DNA of 64,000 nt from Guillardia theta CCMP2712. Lineage: Eukaryota > Protista > Cryptophyta. The position numbers and the translations under genes were made by a program. The stretch covers positions 33,007 through 97,006 of the forward strand of contig NW_005434532.1 of NCBI RefSeq assembly GCF_000315625.1, given 5' to 3'. Positions within the stretch are counted from its first letter, which is position 1. The number at the start of each line of letters is the position of its first letter. Positions 24,340 through 36,643 of this stretch are shown in pieces. The notes beneath the pieces were generated by a model. That model was given only the letters and a program-made list of their open reading frames with translations. It made no database searches and was not told the DNA's origin.

Positions 24340-26110
24340 CTTCAGTGATCGGACGGTCGCCAGCCGCTGAGCCGCCTCACAGGCCACTGAGCCGGGCGGC
24401 CCTCGGCCGGGCCCCCGTACCGCCGGGCTCAGCCGTGCAGCCCCCGGGCTGACCGTGGCTCCGACTCTGCTGAGCCTCCGGGCTCGGATCGGCGCCGGGG
24501 CCCGGCACTGAGTCACTGAGTCATGGCGGGTGACTGATGCCAGGGCCGAGAGGTGACCCGGCGTCACGGCGGCGCGGCCCCCCACTCAAGCCTCCACTAC
24601 CAGGCTCCTGATTGTCTACGTACTGCCAGTTTCTAACTTTGAGTAAACTTGAACAGCCAACTTGAACCGTGTTACTAGTTACTAGTTAACTTGCCCGGCC
24701 CGGCCAGCACACGGGCTCAGCCGCGGCCGCGCACTCGGCCGCACGACGGTCCGAGGCTGAGTACCGTGACGGCGGGGGCGGGGGGCCGCCGCCGAGACTA
24801 CGGGCGGCCGGGATCATGCGGCACGGTCCGACCGTCCGCCGACGGTCGAGTCATACCGTACCGTGACGGTCCCGCCGCGCCCCCGGCGCGGCTCAGCGCG
24901 GCCCGGCTGAGCCTCGGTGGCTGTGGCCAGGTCGCCGGGGCCGCGCCCGGCCGGGGGCCCCGCCCACTGGGCCAGTCAGGCTGGCCGCCGCGGCCGCCCC
25001 GCGTCGCCACGGTGCCAGGGCACCGGCTCACCGTGCGGCAGTCAGAGGCCCTGTGACGCCCGGCCCGCCCGGGGGCGCGGCCGCACCGTCGGCCTTACCG
25101 TAGTGACTGACGGTCGGACTCCTAAGTTCAACCGAATCCGGCGAGCCCCCCCGCCTGCCACCGGCCAGTGAGTGCCCCGCGCCGCGGACCGGCGGTCACG
25201 GTCCGACGGTCCGAGCGTACGGTCGGGCCCCACCGTGAGTATCGGCCCGCCGAATCACCATGATGATGGGCCACTCTGCGGTCGGAGGCCGCAGTGAGCC
25301 GGGCCCGGCCGCCCGAGGCTGAGGCCCGGCCGCCCACACGGGCCGTACCAGCCGCCGTGCCACGACTCGCCGCGGCGATGATGAAGACTCAGACGCCGTC
25401 ACGGTGACTGGCCGCGCGGGGAGCCGGGCCCGGCCCGGGGGGCCGCCGGGCCGCTTGTGCCGGGACTCCGGGAGTCACGGTCCGCCCACCCGGTGACCAG
25501 CCCCTCACCGCCCCCCCTTGTTGTTACCTATATTAAAGCTTGTAGGTGGTCTGCAAAGGGGGTGGAGTCAGAGGGGGTTCAAACCAGGGGTCATATGATG
25601 GGTGAGACGTACGGTAGTTCTGCCGATAGAGAAGGGTAGGGGTAGGGTATCCCAATGACAGCTAGGGGTTGGGGTACTCAGTGTTAGGCGCCCCTTCAAA
25701 TGACCACCCACTCATTACACCCCCACAGGGGTCATGGCTCCATTACTTTTCAGTACCCTACCCCCGATTTACCCTTGACTTTGAGGGCGAGTGACCCCAC
25801 CCCTACCTCTCGTACCCCTACGTCCCCCACCCCTACCTCCCCTACCCCTACTTTCCCCCCGACTCAACTTTCCCCTAGTAAATTTTGTAGCATTCCCTGT
25901 CACCCGATGCCCACCCTACGTTGTGAATCCCTACCCCTACCTTCTACTACCCACCCTGTGTAATTGAGAAACTCGAGCAAATGAGCACCACCCTTTCACC
26001 TTCAATTTTCTTTCAAATATACCGGTCATACGTAAGTACCCACCCACCCTCGCTATTGAAAATTCAATGTTACCCTCTTGATGGCAGCCCATACTGTACC
26101 CCCTACCCCC
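24340..26110. repeat. Two-part intergenic element: GC-rich micro-palindrome block (24340-25500) plus GGGGTA/TACCCC tract (25500-26110)
   Basis: Dense CGGCCG, GGGCCC, CCGCGG, TGAGTCA and CGTACG motifs. The AT-richer core at 24605-24655 matches 59676-59728 on the reverse strand. Confidence 0.65.
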
Positions 26111-26488
26111 TAATTTCCCAACAACTGAAACGCTTATCCTGCGAACATGCTGGGTGGTTCAGGCGAGGCCGCGATGTGATAAGGAGGGCTGCGACATGCT
26201 GGGTTAGATGGTTTTGATGAGGATGTAGTTATGGAGACGGTGAAACTCATCTTAGATTGTGGATTGCTGCACTCAAACAATAGATTTATCTAGGTTCAGG
26301 GAAAGAGATTTTTCTCGAAAGAGCTAGAGAGCAACAATCGCAGCTTTGCATGTTAAGGTCGCGCGTGTCAGCAGCATATCTTCCCGCATACATCTTGCAG
26401 ACGATTCCATCCCGCTGAAACACTGATTGCTTGCAGCAGGTGAAGCAATGCTCTTTGTAAGCTGAAGGCGAACTACCATACTAGCAGC

Positions 26489-28620
26489 ATGCCGCACTCC
26501 CACACATGGTCCACGGGTGACGAGAAGCATTGGTCCCGCAGCTCTCGAACGCCTCAGGAAGATTTTGCATCGTGGCATGTGAGAGGGGACGGGCTGCTAG
26601 GAGAGGCGCCCTTCACTCCGAAGCCTCCTGCTCAGCCATGTAACAGATATCGATACCCTAGGCCCAGTGCTACCAGCAGCGACGCAGTGAGAGCAAGCTC
26701 AAGACCCTTCTCCTCCTCAAGACCCTTCTCCTCCTCCTCCTCCTCCTCCTCATCATCATCATACTTTCAACCCCATCAGAAGTTGGAGAGGGAATGGACA
26801 GTCTGGATCGACACCGCCAAGTCCAAGGTTCTGACCTCCCAGGACTTCGACCTCGAGCACTCGGAGCAGCACCCTATCACATCGTAAGTCTTCTCCCCTC
26901 CGTCACCATGGCGGCTGCTGCTAACATGCGAGTAGGTGGGACGACGTCCTGGAGTTCTGGAGTGCTCTGGAGGGTGGGAAGATCCCCCTGCAGCATGGCT
27001 GCAGTATCCGTTTCTTCCACAAGGGCATCAAACCGACGTGGGATGACTCGGAGGTATCAGCAGCTCTGGTGCTGCCGCCAGCGTGTCTGACGCCCTTCCT
27101 CCTGCCAGGCTCATGGCAAGTGGGTCCTGTTGACAGACCAAAAGGACACGCTTCACCGCCTGTGGCTGATCTGGAGTGCGCTGCTGGAGGCAAAGCACAA
27201 GAACCTGACGCACATCTGTGGGATTGAGCTCAGCATCCGCCCGCAGCGCAACTCGATCGGGATCTGGAACCTCAAGGGAGGAAACTCCAACTTCATCAAG
27301 AACACTCGCTCCTTGCTCGTGTCTGCTGCCGGCCTCGACCCCCTCCACAAGCTCAACTACTTGATCATTCGGAATGCAGTAAGCAGCAACGGGTGTGCTG
27401 GTCAGAGCCTCAGGACTCAAGGCAGGAATGGCACAACGTTGATCGAGACGAAGCAGGATGGAGTGAGAAACTCAGCGTGGAGTCCTTACGGCATGTCTGT
27501 GGAGGATAGCTCCTTCAAGGGGGAGGAGAGTGGGTTATCGGCGGACTTGACTTGGCCAGGGGTGGGAGACAGGTTGTTCCTGCTAGAGCGAGCGTCGGGT
27601 GTCTCTGAGTGGGAGGCGAGGAGCCCGTTGATTAGCAGCGGATCGATCTGGAGTCCTTACCTCCACTCAAGCTTCCAGGAGCAGCATCGAGATGCAGAGC
27701 AAGCAGGGCAGGAGGAGAAAGATGGGCGACGAGATCTCGATGGGAGGTTCACGACCGCAGAGCTTCCTTCCTTCTTCCAGACGGAGGGACCGATGATCGA
27801 TGAGCCTCTGGAGCCTGAGGAGGAGCTGAAGGAGGAGCAGGCGGAGGAGGAACAGGTGGACCTTTCACGGAGAGGGCGCGGGACCATCTCAACCGAGGAC
27901 ATCAAGTCATTCCAGGCGAGACTTGCTGCATTCGCCGAGGCGATACGGAGTAGAGAAGGGCCAGAGGGGGTCAGAGAGTCGAAGATGACTGCAAGAAGTG
28001 CTCAGAGGGAGGAGGAGGAGGAGGAGGAGGAGGGGAAAACAAAGAATGACAGGAGTTTCACGCCGTTTTCTTGCTGGGGGCAAGACAAGGACGAGAAGGA
28101 GCAGTTTGCAGGACACGACGAGGAGGAAGAGAATGCGGGAGGCGAAGACAGAGCTCCTGCAGGAGATCAGGAGGTTGATGATGACACAGATCTACAGGAG
28201 GATGGGGCTGGGGCCGGAGAGTCGGCGAGGCGGTTAGAGGAGGAGGGGGCGGAAGAAGGGTCAAGACATGTCCGGTCGCTGAGCAGGGAGCTGCGGGTGA
28301 AGTTGCTGATGAGGAGCCTTATCACGACAGCGCAGCTCGAGGACAAGGGCGTCGTGCGAGGTAATCGAATCCGGACGCAGACCAAGGAAGCAAGGTTGCG
28401 AACCACGGAAGACAAGAGGAGGAATGAGGGAAGGAGTGAAGGCGCGGCTATCAGGGCGTCTTTGGATGCCAGGAAGGGAGGAGGAGGAGAAGAGGAAAAC
28501 AGGATCTCGTGCGCGCAGCGGGTGGTGTGGCTGCTGCTGGGGTCTGGGCTGACATCGCTGATGGCCTTGCTGTACTTCTGGTTGTTTGCCGACACGATCT
28601 CAAGTGTGCGGGTGCTGTAG
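26489..28620 (+). CDS. eIF4E-family protein with a long acidic extension and C-terminal TM helix; introns 26884-26935 and 27054-27108
   Basis: HQKLEREWTVWID..DVLEFW..FFHKGIKPTWDD..GKW..HRLW..ICGIELSIRPQRNSIGIWN matches the eIF4E Trp pattern. Protein ends VVWLLLGSGLTSLMALLYFWLFADTISSVRVL*. Confidence 0.85.
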
Positions 28621-29317
28621 AGATTTTAACACTGCAAGCAGTGAAGAATGTGAAAGGGAGCAAAGCAAGATCAGATTGTGTCTTATCTTCTCTCCTGCCC
28701 TTTTTGTTCACTTGTCTCGTTTCTTCTCTTTGTGCAACTACACCTGCATTGTTTCTTCCCCGTTCACGCTCCCCATCCTTATCATCTTCCAATAGCTTTG
28801 TCTTGCCTCGGCCACATGACGACAACAATGCGAATAGCAGAAGCTAGCGCACAATCATGTAACCCGAGATGCGATGATCTTGCAAAAACGTGAAAGCGCA
28901 TTTGCCATTCAGCCTGTCTACCTCGAACGCTCTTCTAGTCCTCGAGCGCCCGCAGTCTCAAAGAAAGAGAAAATCCGGAGGTGAACCAACGAGGTTGGAG
29001 AAAGAGAGCAGAGAATGTTTGACAGAAGAAATCACCGAGAGATGTTTTGCAGAAAACAGATGCAAGAAGGTTATCATGAAAGCAAGAGGAGTGGACGATA
29101 CAAAGAGATAGGGTAGGCGCGAGGGCAGGGTGGAAACGGAACGAAAGGAGAGGCAAGAAGAGAGGAGAGAAGGGTAGGGAAGGAGGTAGAGGAGGCGGGG
29201 AGCCGGGGTGTGACGTTTCTCGGGTCATATAATAAAAATGTTTCATAGCATAAGATGTCCAATGAAGCTACAAAGATAAAACGAATAAACAGCAAACTGA
29301 GCTCAACGTCTCAGTCC

Positions 29318-30454
29318 TTAGCTCTCCGGGTGAGCCGTGACGACGTCAATCCATGCTGAGATCGCCATCATCCCCGCGAAGGAGCATGAGAGAGAGAAGG
29401 AGCACCTGAGCAACCTCAGTTAGAAACACGATTGCCGAGCATGTCTACTCCTCCCCCCCCCCCGCCCTTCCTCTCCCTCCCTCCCTCCCTCCCTCCTCAC
29501 GTCAACTTACATCGGGATCGACATCTCCTTAATGGCATCGGAGATCAACTCGAAGCACGCTACCCAGAACATGGCGCCCGCCGCAAAGCCCAGCCCAACG
29601 GGCTCCCACACGATGAACTGCTCCACGAAAAGGTAGACGGGGACGGCGATGAGAGGCTGCGGCAGGCTGGAGCAGATCGCCATGGCGAACGTCTGGAACT
29701 TGGGTACGCCGCGGGGAACGAGCACGAGCGCTACCGCAAGGCCCTCGGGGACGTTGTGAACGGCGAGACTGGCAGAGATGAAGGCGCCCAGGTGCGCTCC
29801 GCCCTTGCCGCAGAAGGAGACGCCGATGCCCAACCCCTCAGCGAAGGAGTGGAGGGTCATGACGGACACGATCAAGCAGATCTTGGCGGCCTCCAGCCCC
29901 GTGATGTCCCCGAGCCTCAGGTCCTCGTACCCCTCAACGTAGCTCTTGGTGTAGCGCACAAACACCATGCCCAGGATGACGCCAACGATCACCCGCGTCA
30001 CGTGCGAGATCTCGTAGCCGAGCAGGGAGGCGCCGTCAGGGTCCAGCGCCACTCCCTCCGTCACCAGGCTGTAGCTCGCTGAGAGCATCATGCCAGCAGC
30101 GATCGCGTTGGAGGCTCCGAGCCAGAAGTCCGAGGGCTTGCTGAAGAAGAGCAGGGGCAGCGCTCCCAGCCCGGTGGACAAGGCGGCCAGCCAGCCATAG
30201 TACCAGACATGCCCGACCGTTGGGACTCGCGCAGTGAGCGTGGCGGGCATGGTGAAGTAGGAGATGAGGGCCATGAGGGAGATGATGGCTGCGAACTGAA
30301 GCGTCTCCGACGAAACTCTCTTGCCCTCTGCACGGCTCCTCCTCTGGCAAGCGTCAGCATTCTTTCCCTCGCGAATCAGTTCCTTCTCCCCCTTCACGTT
30401 CCTCCTCTGCACGCTAGTCCTGTCAGTGGAGCACATGCTTGCCGCTGCAATCAA
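29318..30454 (-). CDS. ZIP-family (ZupT/ZIP11-like) metal transporter; last exon 29406-29318; 5' end may extend further
   Basis: LSTGLGALP, AAGMMLSAS, MTLHSFAEGLGIGVSF, AVHNVPEGLAVAL and GFAAGAM. The spliced last exon gives the final TM CSFSLSCSFAGMMAISAWIDVV. Confidence 0.93.
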
Positions 30455-31139
30455 CGTGGCCCCGGGTCGGCCTCCCTCCCCTGTTCAACGAGCAGCTGCT
30501 CTTCTCTTCCTGCCGCTGACTCCCGCTTCCTGTGCTCTGTCTTTGCTGTTCTCTCGAGGTAACTGGGTAAAGGAACAGCACCTATCCTCCTCAAGCTCGA
30601 GCCACAGTCCTGTCACACGAGGCCACGTGTGGGTCCTGGAACTCAGGGAGGACGGAAAGAGCCTGAGGAGGAGAGAGCGGGTGGGAGCAGGGAGAGATCG
30701 GAGCCAACTCAGGAGCAGTGAGTCAGTAGAGTGCAGAGAGGAACGAAGGAGAGAGGTTAGGTGGAAGGAGCAGCGGGAAGCAGGGGGGGGGAGCGCAAGA
30801 GGAGGAGGGGGGTAGAGGAGGAGGAGGAGGCTGCGGGAATCTCAGGGGGTGGGTGACAGAAAGCCTGACCTCCTGTTAAATGCTTTCCGGTAGGGGCTCT
30901 AGATATTAGAATCAGTTTCGAAAATATCGGCTTATTTTCAAAACAATTGCAAATATTATCGCAATATTTCACCCTCATCATATGAAATATTTTAGACTCC
31001 TATCTATACCACCTCTCAGTTCTATTATTAGTCAACTATCCTATTAAAATGCTGAGGCAGACTTGATTTTACAGCATTTGATAGAAAAAGATAAGTAAAC
31101 TTTGATGAATGAAACTTAATTTAACTAAACTATCACAGG

Positions 31140-32600
31140 GTATGCGGGGGTCCTTGTAGTACCCTCCACACCGCCCCCTACCCCACGAGTACAATGGCAC
31201 CCCACCCACCGGTTTCAACCATCCAAGCACCCCTCAATGACAGACCCGAGGCGGGGGTGAATGACAGGGGGTGGGTGTCAGAAAATCCTAGTTGACTAAT
31301 TCGGGCCCTTGAGTCTGACTCGTTTGTGACCACCCTACCCTCATTTCAGCCCCCCATATTTTATACCGGTACTTTTATCTCCAATCACCCCATGATTCTA
31401 CCGAGCAACTATTACATTCGCCACCTCCACCCCTCTTTCCTTTCTATCGTATAAAGGTAGTACCCCACCCCAACCTGAAGTTTTCTTCATTTCACCATGG
31501 ACCACCCCCCTTTATTCCGTATACCCATGGGTAGTACCTACCACCATTAAGATGTCGAGTTCCTGGAGTACCCACCACCCCTAAGTCCTTTGCACTTTCC
31601 TCTACACACTCAACCACGACCCCACCCCCCAAGTTCCCTCTCGTTGATACAAATACTACCCCCTCCATTTGTGTGGACCCTACCCTAATACTATTTTACT
31701 TTACCATGACTACCTACCCCCATTTCACTCCACAACCCACCCAGTTCCCTCACCTACCCCTATCTCCCTGAGTCTAGAGATGCAACCCTCTTCTAGGTAC
31801 CACCCCCACCATCTGAATTACTGGAGTACGCACCCGTGTTTCCCCACGAGCATCCTCTTACTACCCCTCCTTCTCCCTGGTCTTCTTTAAGTGCCAAGGA
31901 TTCAGCTTGGCATGAACTTATTTCGTGACACAGTGACGGTCTCATGATTACCCGGGACTCAGAGTCGCCGGCCGGGCCGGGCGCCGCGACTGGCAGCCTC
32001 AGCGGCCCGGGTCCCGGGCGTGCGGCGGGCGGAGCCGCTCAGCGGCTCACGGCCGCGGCCCGGTCCGACGGCCTGAGTCATGTGTCTGACGGGAGTCTGT
32101 GACTCAGTCGGCTCAGTGTGCCACGGACCGGGCCGGGTGGCCCTGGCAGCCTGGCAGCTCAGCGGCTAGGCTCAGTACCGAACCCGGGCCGAGTCACCGG
32201 TGCCACGGTTGATTTCACGGCCCTTGACGCCGCGGTCCGGTCGCGGCGCCGAGTCGGGTGGGCCGGCCGCCGGTCGGAAACCTTCCGACAAAACCGTAGT
32301 AAGTTTCAAGGCTGACACTGAGTTTACTCGCGGGGGCCCGGCGGGCCCGGGGCCGCGCCGGCGCCGGCCCGACACGGTTCCGATCGGATGCCGGGCGGCC
32401 CGCCGCGCCGCGCGCGGCGCCGTACTCCGGGGAACGGAGCCTCCCGGCGGCCGGGCATGGCAGACCGACGGTCGGCCGTGGGCCGGCGATCAGATCCAAC
32501 TGGTGAGATGGTCGAGCAAGTTGGTGGTGACCTGGTTGTCTGCCGAGTAAAAGCTCCACCTGTGGTAATCAGTCAGAAGCGCCGACTCGTCTCAGTACCG
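31140..32600. repeat. Two-part intergenic element: TACCCC tract (31140-31880) plus GC-rich micro-palindrome block (31930-32600)
   Basis: Same composition and motif vocabulary as 24340-26110, with the two parts in the opposite order. Confidence 0.6.
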
Positions 32601-32622
32601 TCTCGATCACGGTCAGTCCTCA

Positions 32623-33666
32623 CTACCTTTCCTCGATCTCTTCTTTGCTGTTTCCTCCCGTCTTGGTCGGGTTGATGAGCTGTCGGGTAGGAGAGCAGGG
32701 TGATTGGCAAGAAAGAAGAACAGACAAAGTCATTATCCGATCGCTGCCATGCCGCACAAGAGAACAAGTTGACTGCACACTGACCTGGAAGTGAGTGGCT
32801 TCGGTCTCCAAGAGGGATCGCAGGGAGTACTCTCGCAAGTGCCCGCACTTGTACCAGCCGCAGGGTTCAGGCCGATGCTCCCAGAGCACGAAGACGGCGT
32901 CCTTGTCCGAGGAGACGCTAACGATCATCCCAGCTCGGCTGCTGGGGTTGTTCTGGTCCGCCTTGAGCGGTTTCACCCGCATGCCAAGGCAGGGCTCCAA
33001 GTCGAGGCCGACGATGATGCAGTCCGCGCACTTGGTAGTGGTTGAGGGATCAGTCAGGTAGGTGGAAGCGTGGTGCTCCCGCAGACTCTCTCTCATGGTC
33101 TGCGTTGCGCTTCGAAAGATGGTCACCTCGTCCTCCTTGCTGTCGAGCTTGGAGTCCTCCTCCTCTGCCAGCTCCGTGGAAGTCTCTTGCGCTCCTGGTG
33201 CTCCTCTTCCGGTCGGCATGGCAGTGTACCTGCCCTTGGCAAACGCCGTGACCTTGTCTCTGATCTGCCTCATGAAGTTCCTGTGCCGCACGCTGTTCTC
33301 TTCCGGCAGAGCAAACAGGATCTCGTCGCAACGGAAAAGCTTGTCTGGCAGCTCCATGTCCGACAGCATAATTTGCTCGATCTCGATCTCTGCAAGCAGT
33401 CTCGAGGTTTCCGACTCCCTCTCCTTCCTTTCTCGATGCTCGGTTTGCCTTCCTTCCTCCTCCCGCTGCTCCTGCGCCACTTCCAGTCGAGCATCGTCAA
33501 GGTACATCTGCTCTATCGCGTCTTCCAGCAAAAATTCCCAGCTGTCAAGTTGATCGAGAATCTCCTGAGATCGCTGTATCCGCAGCGTTGCCATGTGCAT
33601 GGTGGGCATCCCCTCAGGCCCAGTAGCGCCGCCAAGGGCTCTTGTCTCTACTCCGATCATCTTCAC
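32623..33666 (-). CDS. Hypothetical protein with a C-terminal degenerate MIB/HERC2-like motif
   Basis: 347-aa ORF. LGMRVKP..AGMIVSV..VFVLWE..WYKCG..EYSL resembles the MIB/HERC2 pattern G.RV..G.V..V.V.W..Y..G..Y.L. A donor near 32783 is likely, so the true C-terminus may differ. Confidence 0.55.
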   Translation of the reverse strand: MKMIGVETRALGGATGPEGMPTMHMATLRIQRSQEILDQLDSWEFLLEDAIEQMYLDDARLEVAQEQREEEGRQTEHRERKERESETSRLLAEIEIEQIMLSDMELPDKLFRCDEILFALPEENSVRHRNFMRQIRDKVTAFAKGRYTAMPTGRGAPGAQETSTELAEEEDSKLDSKEDEVTIFRSATQTMRESLREHHASTYLTDPSTTTKCADCIIVGLDLEPCLGMRVKPLKADQNNPSSRAGMIVSVSSDKDAVFVLWEHRPEPCGWYKCGHLREYSLRSLLETEATHFQVSVQSTCSLVRHGSDRIMTLSVLLSCQSPCSPTRQLINPTKTGGNSKEEIEER

Positions 33667-34115
33667 TCCTCTATCCTCTTCTCTCGCTCTCTCCCACCCT
33701 TGCAGCTCGTCGCAAGCGAGTTTTGAGCAGGTTTCTCCTCCTTCCTCTCAATCCGCAGCCACTGGCTGTCCGCTTACCTTGAAGTTTGAGATGCTGTCTC
33801 GACCTTGTTTTTCACCAGGTCTTGCTGTCAGTTCTAGGCTGCAGAGCAGTTAGCTTCCAGTCATCTTCAACTTAATCAGTGTAGTTACTCCTCTCCACTC
33901 AGCCTTCACCAGGCCACCTGTCCCTGTAGCATCACCTCCTCTCCCTCTTCCCTCTGCTGTTCTCTCGTCTCGACTCGCCACGTCTACACACTACCTTGGG
34001 CTAGTCTAGTCCCTCAACTGAGTCCAAGACTGAGAGTCTCCTGACCCCATCCCACTGTCAACTGCCGCTGTCCGATCACCCCGGGCCATCCCGCTACGCG
34101 CTCTTACTAGTAGAT

Positions 34116-34378
34116 GCTCTGCTCTGCTCTGCTCTGCTCTGCCCTGCCCTGCTGTAGGTGCCCTGCCCTGCCCTGCCCTGCCCTGCCCTGCCGCTCAGTG
34201 CTCTGCCCTGCCCTGCCCTGCCCTGCTCTGCTCTGCTCTGCCCTGCTCTGCTCTGCTCTGCTCTGCCCTGCCCTGCTCTGCCGCAGTGCTCTGCCCTGCT
34301 CAGACGGTGCCCTGCTCTGCTCAGAGTCTGCTCTGCTCTGCTCTGCTCTGCTCTGCTCTGCTCTGCTCTGCTCTGCTC
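34116..34378. repeat. (CTCTG/CCCTG)n pentamer microsatellite between divergent genes
   Basis: Seen directly. Confidence 0.95.
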
Positions 34379-34541
34379 TTCCCTCTTCTTTGTCCTCCCG
34401 CTGCGGCTAGTCAAGCTTGAAAGCCGCATGCTAATATCGGAGTCACTCAGCGGGCCCGGATCTCGGACCCGGTGGTTGCCATCATCACTCCCCCCTGTAT
34501 CCTGAAGGATACACTGCAGCATAGAAGGCTGCGGCTTCCGC

Positions 34542-35442
34542 ATGGCGGGCTGCTGCATTCCTCTCCTCCTCCTCCTCCTCCTCACGTTCACCTGCTCCTC
34601 CTCCTCCCTCCTCCTCACCACTAGTAACATCGTCCTCTCCTCCTCTCCCTACATCCTCCGTGCCAACCCTCCCTTGCCATCCCCTCTCCCACTCTCCCCT
34701 CCCTCGTCTTCGATGCTCTTCGTACCCTCCATCTCGGCATTGCGGGTTTCTATGCCACATGCCCGGCATGCATGTGTATCTTGTCTCCATCAACGTTTCT
34801 CTCCTTTGAACCGCCGCTCTCCTCTCTTCTCTGATTCTTCTCTTCAAGGACGCGGCAGAGCAGGAACCAACGCTAACTTCCGCACAAGAGTCTTCATGAA
34901 CGGCCCCATCCTCGACGCCTCCTCCTCCTCGCCATCCAACCCTCCTCCTGATGGCGACAAACTCTTCTCTGCTCCGGCATCTAGGAACGTATCCCCCATC
35001 CTGGACGTCATGAAGACTCTGGTCCCCCAGGGGGAAGGCAAGGTGCTGGCAGTTGCTGAGGGCAGCGGGCAGCACGTGTCTTGCTTCGCCAAGAACCTTC
35101 CCCTCCTCAAGTTCGTTGCGACTGACCTCGACAGCAAGGCAGTTGCCTCCATCCGCGCCTACGTGAAGGAGGAGGGAGTGAGCAACGTGCTTGCGATCGA
35201 GCAGCTGGATATGACGGCTGTCCCTCACTGGGAGGAGAAGTCCTGGGCCTCCTCCTCCTCCTTCGACCTCGTCTATGCCGTCAACCTCACCCACATCTCA
35301 CCCTGGGCTGCGTCCCTGGGGCTGCTGGCTACTGCTGCTCGTCTGCTGCGAGAGGGAGGCGTGCTGATGATCTACGGGCCGTTCAAGGTGGACGGCAAGT
35401 GCACGGTAATGGCATGGGCAGAGTCAAGAGGATTGCAAAGGG

Positions 35443-35487
<45 letters not shown>

Positions 35488-35984
35488 ATGAAAATGATAG
35501 CATGAGAGGAGGGGGATGATGAGGAGAGGAGAGGAAGACGAGAGGAGAGGAGAGGAGAGGAGAGGAAGACGAGAGGAGAGGAGAGGAGAGGAGAGGAGAG
35601 GAAGACGAGAGGAGAGGAGAGGAGAGGAGAGGAGAGGAAGACGAGAGGAGAGGAGAGGAGAGGAAGACGGAGAGGAGAGGAGAGGAAGACGAGAGGAAGA
35701 TGGGAGGGAGGGGTAGAGGAGGTCTGGGGGTTGAGTTTTGAGGTGGAGTTGCGAAGAGAGGAAGGGAAGGGAGAGATTCTGATTGAGAAACAGACTGAGA
35801 GCAACGAGGAGTTCGACAAGAAGCTAAGGAGTCAGAACTCTGAGTGGGGTAAGAGGAGGAGTTCTCTGTTGCTCTCTCCACCCTTCCCACCTCCTCCTTC
35901 CCTGCGACCCCCCCCCCCCCCCCCCGGCCCCCCCGGCTCCTCTCCCTCTCTTTCCTTCTTCTCTTGCTGGCTGCTTTCCACGAT

Positions 35985-36072
<88 letters not shown>

Positions 36073-36476
36073 CCGTCCCCGTCCCCGTCCTCGTCTTCGT
36101 CATCGTCTTCGTCCTCCTCCTTGTCCTCGCCTTCTCACCTCTCTGTACAGCGCTGTCCTTTCCTCAACTCAATTTCTTTCAGGCTACAGGGACATCGACG
36201 ATCTCAAGGCTGCTGGCTCGGAAAGAGGTGACATCATTACACTTGTACTCCTCCCTCCTCCTCCTCCCTCCTCTACCTCCCCGGCTCCGCTCTCCCTCCT
36301 CCCGATTTCTCTCATCCTTCTCCCCTTCCCTGCCCTTCCCCTGCCCTTGCATCCCCTCTGTCCTCTGCCTTACCCTTCCTCTCTCTTTTCTGCTCACGTC
36401 TCAGCCCTCAGGTCTTAAGTTTGTCAGGGCAGAGAGCATGCCGGCAAACAACTTCATCCTCATCTTCAACAAGTGA
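34542..36476 (+). CDS. METTL26: DUF938 / METTL26-like SAM-dependent methyltransferase, 4 exons
   Basis: SAPASRNVSPIL, VLAVAEGSGQH, NLTHISPW, YGPFKVDGKCT|TESNEEFDKKLRSQNSEW|GYRDIDDL|..MPANNFILIFNK*. Confidence 0.9.
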
Positions 36477-36643
36477 AGGAGAACAAATCCAGATCATCTC
36501 AATTTTATCAATGCATCTCCCATTTCAATCATCCTGCTCCTAATCGTGCTCGTGCTCGTTCTCGTGCTCGTCCTGGTCCTGGTCTCCCGATGCTCCTGCA
36601 CCAGCACTAGCTTCTCTTCCTCTTTTACTTCACGCTCCCTCCT

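Noticed and set aside
24322-25402. Ala/Gly/Arg/Pro-rich ORFs in the GC blocks (also 32118-32675 and 59166-59955)
   Set aside because: They occur in all frames, have no domain motifs, and are explained by extreme GC content.
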